Shown piece after piece: positions 25,497 through 36,900 of a stretch of 64,000 bases of DNA; position 1 is the stretch's first letter; each line of letters opens with the position of its first letter. Origin of the DNA: Tubulanus polymorphus (Eukaryota > Animalia > Nemertea); NCBI RefSeq assembly GCF_964204645.1, contig NC_134026.1, positions 14,356,150-14,420,149 on the forward strand, in the 5' to 3' direction. Below the pieces are notes generated by a model, which was not told the DNA's origin, made no database searches, and worked only from the letters and a program-made list of their open reading frames with translations. A program made the position numbers and the translations under genes.

Positions 25497-25964
25497 ATGG
25501 AATACAGAGATCAACCAGAAATTCCAAGCCAACCAACGGATGAGGAACCAGAAACGACGGATAGTGAAACACAGGAATCAATAGAAATGGAGGATAAAAC
25601 TCTCGTAATTGACGAACAAACTTCACAAAAATTACAAGAACATTTGGAATATCATCAAGAAATGGTGAAAATTCTGAGTGATGTAATACATAATAAACAA
25701 TTACCGCGCGAACTACAATTACCAAAATTACCAGCAACGCGACTTAATTTGCTGTTGGGACTCAAAGAATCGGAAACTAAGAAAATGAGTGGAGATATCA
25801 GTGCCGGTTTTGAAAGAAAACAGAGAAGAGTAGGTAGATTAATAAAATATGAAAAATTCAAAATATTAGGATTAGCATTTAGTGAAGTAGTTAGATATTT
25901 ACCAGAAATTGAAGAAATGATTGGAAACAATCCAGTAATTAAAGAATTCTGGAAAAAATTATAA
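25497..25964 (+). CDS. Hypothetical protein with acidic N-terminus
   Basis: 155-aa open ORF with an AAAATG start, inside B. No motif recognised. Confidence 0.55.
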   Translation: MEYRDQPEIPSQPTDEEPETTDSETQESIEMEDKTLVIDEQTSQKLQEHLEYHQEMVKILSDVIHNKQLPRELQLPKLPATRLNLLLGLKESETKKMSGDISAGFERKQRRVGRLIKYEKFKILGLAFSEVVRYLPEIEEMIGNNPVIKEFWKKL

Positions 25965-26040
25965 ATCATAACACTGAAGGTCTTTGTAATATAGATAACA
26001 ATAAATGTAATCTCGTTTGTATATATCTGTTTTAATATTG

Positions 26041-26396
26041 TATTGTTTACTGTTAACTAAGTATTGCGCAATAACCGGTCCGATTGAACCGCTTTTCTAT
26101 TGTTCTCCATTGTTCTATTATTGATCGTTGTTAATGGCGGCGGTTGTTCTGTATTGATTGTTTACTGTTAACTAAGTATTGCGCAATAACCGGTCCGATT
26201 GAACCGCTTTTCTATTGTTCTCCATTGTTCTATTATTGATCGTTGTTGACGGAAACAGCTGCTCAATATTGATTGGTTACAGTTCTATGTTTGAATGTTG
26301 TAGTTTACAGAATAAAAATATAACTGTGTATTGCGCAATAACCGGTCCGATTGAACAGCTTTTCTATTGTTCTCCATTGTTCTATTATTGATCGCT
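26041..26396. repeat. Three imperfect direct repeats (first period ~116 bp), each containing palindrome TATTGCGCAATA
   Basis: TATTGCGCAATAACCGGTCCGATTGAAC.GCTTTTCTATTGTTCTCCATTGTTCTATTATTGATCG occurs three times. Confidence 0.9.
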
Positions 26397-26803
26397 AAAA
26401 TTTGTATAATAAATATATGTGTTTATGAAATAGTAATTCCACCAGTCGTTTCTTTGAATTAGTTTCAGTTTGAGGATTTATTATCGAGGAACCGAAATGA
26501 CTTATCTGGACAGTTATAATTACTGCTCCTAATAGATAGACAATAGTAGTGAGATATTAAATCGTAATTTAAATAAAATATAATAAAAAAACAATAACTT
26601 CAAGTAGCTAGTGAATTCTATTATATTTTTAATATTTTCTTTTCAAAAAGAGAATACTTTATATTTTAATAGATTCAAATAGAAATTCTTTAAATTCAAA
26701 AAGCTAGTATCAGTAGTCAATACTAGAATTCTTTAACTTTAACTATCTAGTATCATTTGAAGAATACTTATAATATTTTTCTTATTAAATTTCTCTAATA
26801 TAA

Positions 26804-27412
26804 ATGTTAAAGAAATCTAATAAGAATAGTATTGATATTGAAAAAACATTAGATGATTTAGGTATTAGTGATAATAAGGATATTCCAACCAAAATTGAAA
26901 ATAATATTCAAGTTAATTGTAATATAGATTATGAATACTATTTATATTGTAAACACCATCTTGAATTATTAATTGCTGGCGGAAAATCTACGGATTTCTT
27001 GGAAAAAATAATAACTTTTCAAGAATTAGATGCTATGAAACCGGATAAAGTAATAAAATATTTTAAGATTTATGAAGAAGCAAGATTAGCCCGAATAAAT
27101 GATTCTATTTCAGATGGTATTGTCAAATGTTACTCTAAGTTATGTAACCAGTTAATACCAATTGATGATGAAAATAAATTATATAGTGATTTGAAAAATG
27201 ACTATTTAGTTATGACTGAATTACAAAAATGGGTTGGTTATGCTTCATTTCAATTAGGATCGGTTATGACATTAATTTCTACTGGTGTCATTACATTTTC
27301 GAATATCAAGCCTATGGAATATAAATCAGGTAAAAACGAAACAGATGTACTACAACCAAAAGTCAAAACAGAAAATGAATCAGAACAAAAATTAACTAAA
27401 ATAAATGAGTGA
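26804..27412 (+). CDS. Conserved Maverick protein with C-terminal hydrophobic segment
   Basis: Intact 202 aa with a TAAATG start. Homolog present in relic A. Confidence 0.75.
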   Translation: MLKKSNKNSIDIEKTLDDLGISDNKDIPTKIENNIQVNCNIDYEYYLYCKHHLELLIAGGKSTDFLEKIITFQELDAMKPDKVIKYFKIYEEARLARINDSISDGIVKCYSKLCNQLIPIDDENKLYSDLKNDYLVMTELQKWVGYASFQLGSVMTLISTGVITFSNIKPMEYKSGKNETDVLQPKVKTENESEQKLTKINE

Positions 27413-27773
27413 TGGAGTTAAGAAAAAGGCTAGATCCGAGAAACAAATTAAATGGGCAAGAGAATTAGGTAAAAGATCTTCAGAATTAAAAAAAGCTAAG
27501 AAAAAGAAATTAACTGATATAAATGAATCACAGACTTTATCTGATATTGATTCAAATAATAATCCATCTGATTTTTCTAATAGTGGAAGAAATAATCACT
27601 TATATATTTCAATTGGGTTAATCACAATTATTATATTCTCTGGTGTAATATATAAATATAAGTATGAATCTGATGATAAAGATGATTCCAATCATAATAA
27701 ACCTATCATACCAGAAAATAAATCAAATCATAAAGCCATTGAAACTAAATCTAGATTATTATTAATGGATTAA
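27405..27773 (+). CDS. Small basic single-TM protein
   Basis: Basic N-terminus and TM segment LYISIGLITIIIFSGVI. Homolog present in A. Confidence 0.75.
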   Translation: MSDGVKKKARSEKQIKWARELGKRSSELKKAKKKKLTDINESQTLSDIDSNNNPSDFSNSGRNNHLYISIGLITIIIFSGVIYKYKYESDDKDDSNHNKPIIPENKSNHKAIETKSRLLLMD

Positions 27774-27779
27774 AAGAAG

Positions 27780-28887
27780 ATGAAAAAAGAACAATATTTA
27801 AGAGATTTATATTACAACCCAGAAAGTGTCATATTCTAACGTTTCAGAATTATGGAATAAAATTAAATCTGATAAGGAAAATGGTGCCGTACGGCACCCA
27901 CACGGTAATATAAAATATAGTGAACTAAGATTATGGTTACAAAATCAACCAACATATCAAATTCACAAGAAAATGGATAAAACTTATTTAACAAGAAAAG
28001 TTATGGTTTCATAAATCGATCAACAATGGCAAGCAGATTTAATTGACATGAAGAACTTAGAAGAATACAACAAAGGATATTTCTGGATATTTAATGTTAT
28101 AGACATATTCAGTAGATACGCATGGTCAATTCCAATCAAAAATAAAACTGGTATAGAAGTAACAAATGCTTTTAAATCTATATTTAAAGAAGCTATTCCA
28201 GATAAGATACAATTTGATGAAGGTAAAGAATTTTATAACAAACATTTCAAAAAACTATTATCTGATAACGATGTAGATTATTTTTCAACACACTCAGATA
28301 AAAAAGCATCTATTATAGAAAGATTTAATAAAACATTGAAAACTAGAATGTGGAAATATTTTACTGCTAATGAAACATATAAATATATCGATGTATTAGA
28401 TGATTTAGTGAAAGGTTATAATAATTCTAAACATAGTTCTATAAATATGAAACCTATACAAGCTAGAAAAGAAGATAGTTCAGAAATAGTTTGGAATAAT
28501 TTATATGGAGCATTTGTTACACATGATTTCGGTGAACCTAAATTTAAAATAGGACAACACGTTAGAATATCTAAATATAGAAAAACATTTTATAAAGGTT
28601 ATACCCCAAATTTTACGGAAGAAATATTTAAAATTAAAAAGATAATATTAACTAAACCTTTTGTTTATAAATTAGAAGATTTAAAAGATGAAGAAATATT
28701 AGGTTATTTCTATGAACAAGAATTATCACTTGTACCAAATCCAGATGAAATAGAATACAAAATAGAAAAAGTATTGAAAACAAAAACTCTTAAAGGAAAA
28801 AAGTAATCTTTGGTGAAATATAAAGGATACGATGATAAATTTAATGAATGGATTTTATCTAGTAAAATTAAAAGAATAAATGAATAA
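27780..28887 (+). pseudogene. RVE/DDE integrase with chromodomain (frameshift and stops)
   Basis: Motifs YYNP, WQADLIDM, VIDIFSRYAW, QFDEGKEF, IERFNKTLK and YKIEKVLK..VKYKGYDDKFNEW. Confidence 0.93.
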
Positions 28888-29490
28888 AGATTTATTTATA
28901 TTTGAACGGCACAATATGTTAGTTACTGGTGTAACAAACTGTGGAAAACACATTTCATATTAGATTTGTTAGAAACTATTTATAAAAATCATTTTGATAA
29001 TATAATACTATTTTGTCCTACTTATGAAATGAATAAAACATATAATAGAGATATAGTTAAGATGAAAAAGTTTATTATATTAGATCCTAAAACAGTAAAA
29101 GAAAATTTAGATAATTGTATAAAAATAGCAATTGATACTTATAAAGGATCAAATACATTATTCATTGTAGATGATTGCGCAAATTTACATGATTCAAAAG
29201 TTAGAGAAAGTGAGTTATGTAATCTAGCTTTCTCTGGAAGACATTTCGGGATAACAACATGGGTTTTAAATCAAAAATATAATTCAATTGTAAAAGACTT
29301 TAGGGAGAATATAAGATTTCTAGTTTTATTCTACAACAAAGATAAAAAATCTATGCAACAATCATTGGAAGAAAATCAAATTATACCAACTGAATTACAT
29401 GATGAATATATGAATAAATTAAAGAATAATAATGGTTCAAAACTATTACTGAGATTACAATTTCCATATGAATACAAATTTATAAAATAA
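28880..29490 (+). pseudogene. A32-like packaging ATPase (frameshift at the end of Walker A)
   Basis: Walker A GVTNCGK, Walker B FIVDD and SGRHFG. Confidence 0.92.
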
Positions 29491-29518
29491 CTATTTATAA
29501 TTTGGAATATTATAGAAA

Positions 29519-29865
29519 CTAATTTATATATCTATATACTAGACGTACGAGTAAGAAAGTAAGATTCTTACCAAGAAAGTAAGATTCTTAGATTCTTACG
29601 TACGTCTAGTATATAGATATATAAATTATTAAATGAATTATATAAAAATGAATAAATTATATGTTTTCTCTTAATAATAATAAAAATAGATTATATTATA
29701 ACAATTTCTATAATTAGATTAATAATTTTATGTTTTTAATTTTTATGAAAACTATTATATATATATATCTATGTACTAGACGTACGAGTAAGAAAGTAAG
29801 ATTTCTTGGATTCTTGGATTCTTGGATTCTTACTCGTACGTCTAGTATATAGTTATATAAATTAG
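29519..29865. terminator. Twin long hairpins between convergent genes (candidate 3'-end signals)
   Basis: First arm pair is TAATTTATATATCTATATACTAGACGTACG...CGTACGTCTAGTATATAGATATATAAATTA (~29520-29628). A second related copy lies at ~29760-29862. The palindromes are seen directly; the terminator role is inferred. Confidence 0.5.
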
Positions 29866-29876
29866 CTTCATAATAA

Positions 29877-31385
29877 TCATTCTAATTTTGTTTCTAATAT
29901 ATTTATAAAATCATCTCTGTTTATATCTAATTCACCAAAAGTCTTAGGTAGATTTATTAATTTTAATTGATCCATCTTAACATAATTATTAGTAGGTAAA
30001 TTAGCTTTTTCTCTTAATTTTTCTAAGTATTCATCAAAATCATCATAATCAAAATAAAAATGATGTCCAAAATTATTTATCAGATAACTTAAATCTATTT
30101 TTCTAAAATATAATAATTCATATATTTGTTTAGGATTATCATCTGCATAAGCTAATGATTTATCAAATGACAACTTATAGAATATATAATATTGGTTAGT
30201 TTTAGGATTAAAATATTTGATATATTTATTTGGGTTATTTAACAATGGTATCATACTCACCATTTTATAAATATTAATTAGATGTAACTTTGATTTATAA
30301 CGAGTATTTTCATCAACAGGTTCAATTTTCTTATTACAATATTGGCACATTTTATTTCTTTCTATTTCTTCTAATTTCTTTTCATGTTCTTCTAACTTCC
30401 TTTCATTTTCGATATGCGCTTGAGATTTTTTATGTTTAGAAAAATTACTTTTAGAAATATCTAAATCACAAATGTTACAATGTTTTTTAGAATCATCAAT
30501 TGTTTCATTATCATTAGTTTCAATTGTATCAACATTATCTGTTATATTATCTATGGTATCATTTGTTTCAATTGTATTAACATTATCTATGATATTATCT
30601 ATTATATTATTATCAGATATATTATTATCATTATTATTCTTTTCTTTTTCTATATGTTTATTTGATTTCTTACGTGATGCCCAATTTTTATATGATATAT
30701 ATTTCTTACATACATCACAATATTTTCCATTTGTCTTTTTGGTTTTGATATCAGGTTCAATCTTATCATTATTAGATGTAGAAGGTATTACATTATTAGA
30801 TGTAGAAGGTATTACATTATTAGATGTAGAAGGTATTACATTATTAGATGTAGAAGGTATTGCATTATTAGATGTAGTAGGTATTACATTATTAGATGTA
30901 GTAGGTATTACATTATTATCAATTACATTACTTAAATTATCAACAACACCACCTTTATTATTATCGATTTCTATTAGTTTAGTTTTATAAATTTTGAAAA
31001 TAGGATCAAATATCAAAGCTAGAAATCTAAAAAGTGATAACATCAATGGTAAACTTGGTTTGTTTAAATGATCATTCCAACTAATTCCACATCCTGTTGT
31101 TGCGCAATAAACAGCAAAATTTAATTGGTTCTGCCAATACTTCATATTAGATTTTAATAACCATTGTTTTGCCTCATTTAAATTTTTAAAATTAATTGTA
31201 TACACATGAAATATATTTTCCATCTTTACATGAAAATTATTACTTTCAGTAACATAAATATATAAATCAATTAATGAATTTAAAACTTCATTTCTATATG
31301 TAATATCTTTATTAAAATCTATTGCAGGAATATTATATTTAATTGATTTATTATATTGGAAAGCTTTTGGAAAACTATCTGCCAT
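29877..31385 (-). CDS. Chimeric 502-aa ORF: N-terminus of a conserved Maverick protein fused to a repeat/zinc-finger protein
   Basis: N-terminus matches 49435/49302 (MKYWQNQLNFAVYCATTGCG). After 'FRFL' the sequence matches the relic A ORF at ~5200. Contains 24-bp NNVIPSTS repeats and CxxC..H zinc fingers. Confidence 0.75.
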   Translation of the reverse strand: MADSFPKAFQYNKSIKYNIPAIDFNKDITYRNEVLNSLIDLYIYVTESNNFHVKMENIFHVYTINFKNLNEAKQWLLKSNMKYWQNQLNFAVYCATTGCGISWNDHLNKPSLPLMLSLFRFLALIFDPIFKIYKTKLIEIDNNKGGVVDNLSNVIDNNVIPTTSNNVIPTTSNNAIPSTSNNVIPSTSNNVIPSTSNNVIPSTSNNDKIEPDIKTKKTNGKYCDVCKKYISYKNWASRKKSNKHIEKEKNNNDNNISDNNIIDNIIDNVNTIETNDTIDNITDNVDTIETNDNETIDDSKKHCNICDLDISKSNFSKHKKSQAHIENERKLEEHEKKLEEIERNKMCQYCNKKIEPVDENTRYKSKLHLINIYKMVSMIPLLNNPNKYIKYFNPKTNQYYIFYKLSFDKSLAYADDNPKQIYELLYFRKIDLSYLINNFGHHFYFDYDDFDEYLEKLREKANLPTNNYVKMDQLKLINLPKTFGELDINRDDFINILETKLE

Positions 31386-31401
31386 TTATATAACTAAAAA
31401 A

Positions 31402-31795
31402 TTAATAATTTATTAATTCTTTTAACAATTTATCCTGTTCTTCAACTGTTATATGGCCATTTAAACTTATTATATAATCTAGTGTTTTCCTTAATTTATT
31501 AATTTCTTTTATATTAGTTTTAATTTTTTCTTTATTTCTTTTTATATTCAATTTTGAACTTTACACCAATTGATATAGCTAAAGGTGTTACTGGACTGAA
31601 TATTGCTAGAAATGTTATTACAGAACTAATTGTAACCGAACCACTTATAATCAAATAATATATAATTTTACTTTTTAAATATTTTTTCTTTTTAACTTTT
31701 AAATCATTTTCAAATTCTTATATTTGTTTTTCTAAATATATTTTTAATTTAGTTTTATTTATATCATGAGGAATAATATCAATATTATCTTCCAT
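31402..31795 (-). pseudogene. Homolog of 2-TM protein 49452-49886 with internal deletion
   Basis: Direct nucleotide match to 49452-49886. Confidence 0.75.
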
Positions 31796-31813
31796 TTATT
31801 TAGAAAAAAATTA

Positions 31814-32233
31814 CTAATTAGTAAACTTATAAGCAACAAATGTAACTATAACTGTTCCACCTAAAATCCAAATGATTTCATATTTCTGTTGTTCTTTACT
31901 TGGGGTATAATAATCTGGTAATGTAGGTTTATGTAGATATTTTTCTTTATTTGTTACTGCGTTATATAAACTCATTGCATCATCAACTGATTGAAAATCT
32001 CTGTGTGAAATCTGCTGATCATATAATTCTTTGTTAATATAATCCATATAGTTTTGTCTCTTTTCTCTATATTCTTCTGCAGCTTTATTGTATTTCTCTA
32101 ATGCTAAGTTATGTCTTTTTTGTTCTGTTAATGAACCATTTTTATCAATATGCTTAAATAAATAACCGCCACCAGTAAATGCTAAAGCGTTAACAATTGC
32201 CGATCCTATAATAGTTATAACTGCAGAAGCCAT
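31814..32233 (-). CDS. Conserved small membrane/coiled-coil Maverick protein
   Basis: MASAVITIIGSAIVNALAFTGGGYLF..EQKRHNLALEKY with a C-terminal TM. Almost identical to 50002-50328. Confidence 0.8.
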   Translation of the reverse strand: MASAVITIIGSAIVNALAFTGGGYLFKHIDKNGSLTEQKRHNLALEKYNKAAEEYREKRQNYMDYINKELYDQQISHRDFQSVDDAMSLYNAVTNKEKYLHKPTLPDYYTPSKEQQKYEIIWILGGTVIVTFVAYKFTN

Positions 32234-32249
32234 TTATTTAGTAAAATAA

Positions 32250-32450
32250 TTATGTATTTATATGGAAGGAATATATTTTTGTTTTTCCAAATAAAGTAAC
32301 TGCTAACGTTAATTTTAAAATATCATTTATATCAAATCTATCAACATTAACACTTCCCATTTTGAATACTTTTTTTGATACCATTGAATAACCAACAGTT
32401 CCAACTGATAGTAATGCTCCATTATATAATCCAGTTATTATCACTCATTT
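32250..32450 (-). pseudogene. Small hydrophobic protein
   Basis: Homolog of 50353-50574. Confidence 0.65.
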
Positions 32451-32816
32451 ATTTATCAAAAAAATTACTATCTTCAAAATATTTAGTAAACTTATTTATG
32501 ATTAATTCAACATTTATTTCATTACTAGTTTCATTTGTATATATTTCAATTATTATTTTTTTAATATCATCGATGATAAAATCTTCATCTAATTCATAAA
32601 ATCTTCTCTAATTAAAAAAGATTCTCTAATTAAATTAGTAATCTTTTCTACATTTAAAGTTTCTTTATCTATTGTTTTTTCATACTCAAATGTTGTTTCA
32701 TTAGAAAATGCAATATTTTTAATATGTGTAATTACATCATTAATGTTAAATTTCATTTCTTTCTCATGTTTAAAATCAAACCCAAAACATAAGCTCGCTC
32801 CAACAGTTATATTCAT
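32448..32816 (-). pseudogene. Hypothetical Maverick protein
   Basis: Frameshifted homolog of 50575-50930. Confidence 0.65.
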
Positions 32817-32832
32817 TTATATAATGAAAAAA

Positions 32833-33536
32833 TTACTCTTTATATCTTATAACTAATTCATATATCACAGGAAAGTTATTCAAATCAATTAAATATCCAT
32901 TATGATTTCTTATTTCTAATTTAAAATTATTAAATTTAGGAATGCAAGGTTTAAAATCACATTCTGTTAAATTATAATTTATTTGAGTTCCAAATCGTTT
33001 AACATTTTTAGCGGTAAAATATTTAGTTTACTAGTACTACAAATTGTTTCTTTAGTTGCTTTTTGTAGGCTCGATTAAATTGCAATAAATATAAAAGTGT
33101 GTAAAAGGTATTATATTTGAGCTGCCTTCTGCGTTTCCAGTAACTGTAAGAGGTTTAATTCCTAACATTTTAGCCAGTGGTTTGTTTACCATAAATTTAT
33201 GTTGTTCATTAGATATCTTTCAAATACAGAAGTGCCCCCGATTTTCAACCGAGCTCTTCTATTAATTTCCTGCGCTAATGATTCTAAATCATATAATCCT
33301 GGTTTTAAAAATATATGAAACCATTTATCTTTATTTCTCATATAAATCATAAACCCTCTATGTTCAAAAGTTTTATCCGATATATTATAAAAAGAATTAC
33401 ATAAACTTATATTAACTAATTTTAAATCAACACAATTCTTGAATTCTCTATCTAATTGTACTAGTAAATTATGTGATTTATAATTTGTAAGTCTTCTAGA
33501 ATCAACAAATATTCTGTATTCTTTTAATTCCACCAT
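32833..33536 (-). pseudogene. Putative minor capsid (penton, single jelly-roll) protein
   Basis: Motifs 'IFVDSR', 'ISLCNSFYNI', 'LKPGLYDLESLAQEIN', 'YIYCNLI' and 'LEIRNHNGYLIDLNNFPV' resemble Polinton/virophage minor capsid proteins. Confidence 0.65.
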
Positions 33537-33550
33537 TTATTTTACATATT

Positions 33551-33904
33551 TTATTCGAAATCTATTTCATGGTGCCCTTTTTCATTCTTACCTTTGTATA
33601 CGAAATAGAAATCACCAGAACATAATTCTTCTAGATCTTCACTTGATAATCTATGAAATCTATCTGGTAAATATGTTCTGAATTTATGTGTATTTCCTTT
33701 TAATCCTTCATATTCTAAGTGTATAACTAATTTATCTCCATATTTGTTAGTTACTGTATCAATATTTGTAATTAGATATTTCTTATGGATTATTGATTCT
33801 TTAAACTTCTTAAATTTATAATCTACTGATTTGACATTTGAAGTATCTTTTATTCTATCTAGAAATGATTTGTTGTTCTCACTGTGTGTTTGTTTACTCT
33901 CCAT
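33551..33904 (-). CDS. Small protein, possibly OB-fold ssDNA-binding
   Basis: Intact 117 aa next to pPolB, with a beta-rich pattern 'Y.I....TNKYG..L...L...YLPDRF...FVYKG'. The fold is an inference. Confidence 0.5.
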   Translation of the reverse strand: MESKQTHSENNKSFLDRIKDTSNVKSVDYKFKKFKESIIHKKYLITNIDTVTNKYGDKLVIHLEYEGLKGNTHKFRTYLPDRFHRLSSEDLEELCSGDFYFVYKGKNEKGHHEIDFE

Positions 33905-33933
33905 TTATGATACATATTTTTATTAAAATTTGA

Positions 33934-36900
33934 TTAACACGTTAGAATTCTTTTCATTATCTCGTTCTCTTTTGTTTCTTCTCTTTTAAATTTTAAGTAT
34001 TCATCTAAATTACATCCATAAGCAACTGTATGAATTCCATCATCCAGGATATAGCTTTTATCATCAAATGGGTTTAGACTTATCTTTTCAATTTCTTCAA
34101 TAAACATTTCATGATCTTCAGATCTTAAACATCTCATCTTATGTTTTTTAACTTCTTTTTTGAATATACAATTGATGTAATCTTTGAAATGAATATTCTT
34201 TTCTACTACACTTTTGGTTATTCCTTTTAACTTTTTAGCTTCACGTTCTTTAGTTTTATATGAATACATTTTAGATCTAATACCTATGAACTCTATCATT
34301 TCTTCACCACCTAATTCATCCTTAAACTTCCCTGGAACTTTTTTATTATCATTGCTAAACAATTCATGATGTTTAGGATAATTACTGAAATCAAAATGAT
34401 GTTTTAATGTTTTTAAATCATCAGTTATGTTATCAGTTTTTATCTTTAATATATAAGAATCTGTATCAAAATATAATATTTCTATATGTTTTTTCTCCAA
34501 AATGAGGTTGTAATACATTATAATAGAATTCATACATTAGTAAAAATAATTAGTAATTTGATAATGCTAAAACTGAAGCGCCAACATAGATTGGTTTATT
34601 AAATTTCATTGATGTTCTTCTCATCTTAACTGCAGCTAAATTTTCATAAGATATTCTGTTACCTATAAATTTAGGATATGTTTGTAAATGCCTTATCCTT
34701 TTGCCATTACTTACTAACTCAATATCATTTCTATTTCTAATATTTTCACAAGTCTTACCATAGAATGCATTATTCATTCACTTGAAGAAATCTTTCTCGA
34801 AATCAGTTTTAGCTTCAGTTCTCTGTTTGGTGTTAAAATCTATATATTTTTCTAACCACTTAGATTGACTGAATGAAATATATCTATGTACTTTTTTTAG
34901 AATCATTCCTTGACTCAAATAAAACTTTAACATTCTATAATGTACTACATAATTATATTTATCTTCTTGAGTTACCATTAACTTTTCTGTATGAATATGA
35001 TTTTCGGTAAGCTAGATTTCTAGATTTAAATCTTTTATCTTCAGGATATTCTAAATCTACAACAAAGAAGTAACCAGTATCTGAATCATCTGCAATATCT
35101 AGAATTCTTTTCTTCCAATCAAATTTATCATTATTTTCATTCTGTAAAACTTCAGTTAATTCAAATACTCCATAAGGTTGTGGTTCCATCATTGCCCAAC
35201 CATACAAATTATTTGCATCTATATATAATAACTTATATCCAGGGTTATCATTTACATCGAAATATCTATCACCTAATACACCTGAAACTCCTCCTCTTAT
35301 AGATTTTTCAAATAATAATAATTGATCTATATTTGTTAACAAATCCATTTTTATATCTGTAAATTTTAATCCACAATCCCATGTTAATCCTGGTGATGAA
35401 TAACAATGACAAGGATCAATGTTAAAATATTTTAGGTTTACATCTCTAAACCTTTAGAATATATCGGTTAATAATAATACATCTGATTTTAGATATAAAT
35501 CTACTAATTTTCCATGATTTTCTATTTTGAAATGATTCCAAATATTCAATGTTCTATTATATACTTCATTTTTAACATATTCATTTTTTAATTCATCATA
35601 GAATTGTTCTTTTAATAATTCAGTTATATTAAAATCATTATGTGATTTATAAAATGAATATGGAATTGCTCCTTTATATCTCATTAATTGAAAATCATCA
35701 TTATTTGGATAGTGTTGTTTTAATATTTTTAATTCATCATCAACTAATTATTTTGATAAGTTATCTAATGAACTATTTAAAAATCTATATGAATCTATAA
35801 ATCTTAGGCAACCAAATTGGAATGATATATAATTCTCAGATGTTTTAGCTAACATTCTAAATTTATAAGTTGGTATTTTATCTTTTGATCTATTTGAATT
35901 TAATCTTTCTATTTCATTATTAATTTCTTCTATTTTATGGCATAACTGTTTGATAAATAAATGTGCATCGTATCCTGATAGATTATAAAATATAACTGGT
36001 ACAAAGTTAATTTTCTTAGCTTGTAAGTTACAATTCTCATGTGCAGCGCCTCTAAACTTTCCGTTCAAATGATCATGGTCTCTTACTTTTTTATCTCTAA
36101 AATTAAATATCTTTTCACAATAACAACATTTATCTGCAAACTCAAATGCTTCTTTATCTTCTTCTGTCATTATAATTTCTATATTTTTATATAACTTTTC
36201 ATTAAATTTTATTTCATATTCAATTAATAAGTCACAAAAATGATTGATAACATTTTCATTTCTATAATCATAATATTCACTTTCAATTAGTTTGGATAAT
36301 CAGATTTAATATATAACCCGAAAGCAGCAGCTGATTGATGAATCTTTTTAATTGTATTTGTTATCGGTGGTTCATCTGAAAAATCATTTTCATTAGAATT
36401 TAATTCTAGCTTGATCGGTTAATTCTTTATTTAATGATTCAAAATCTCCATATATAACAAATGGTACTTTATTTTTGTAATCATATTTTTTGAATTCAAT
36501 ATTTTATCCTTTTCATTTGGTAAAACTAATTTACAATAATCATGATTTTCACATAATTGTTTATGATTTAATAATGTACTTTCATTACTGAATTTATGTA
36601 AACATTTCCTACATAGATATATTTTATTATGGTGATCACTTTCTGTTCTAAAGAATAAGTCTATTTGTTTAATCCACATATAATGATTCTCATAATATAA
36701 TATATCTATAACATCATTTGAATCATAATCTTTTGATAGATATAAAGGTTCTAATGTATAATGTTTTATATTGTTACCTTTTGTATTTGGTAATTTGATT
36801 AAATCAAATACATTTATTCTTAAATTATTATCTCTTTCTATTTTTGGGATGTTTTTAATTATAACAGGATACTTATCTATCTTATAATTATTTTCAAATG

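Noticed and set aside
30472-30990. 172-aa plus-strand ORF, and similar ones at 7890, 25655, 46720 and 49534
   Set aside because: These are antisense shadows of real AT-rich genes on the other strand.
35748-36170. EndoVII/HNH-like domain inside pPolB as a novelty
   Set aside because: This insertion is a known feature of one group of Polinton polymerases.
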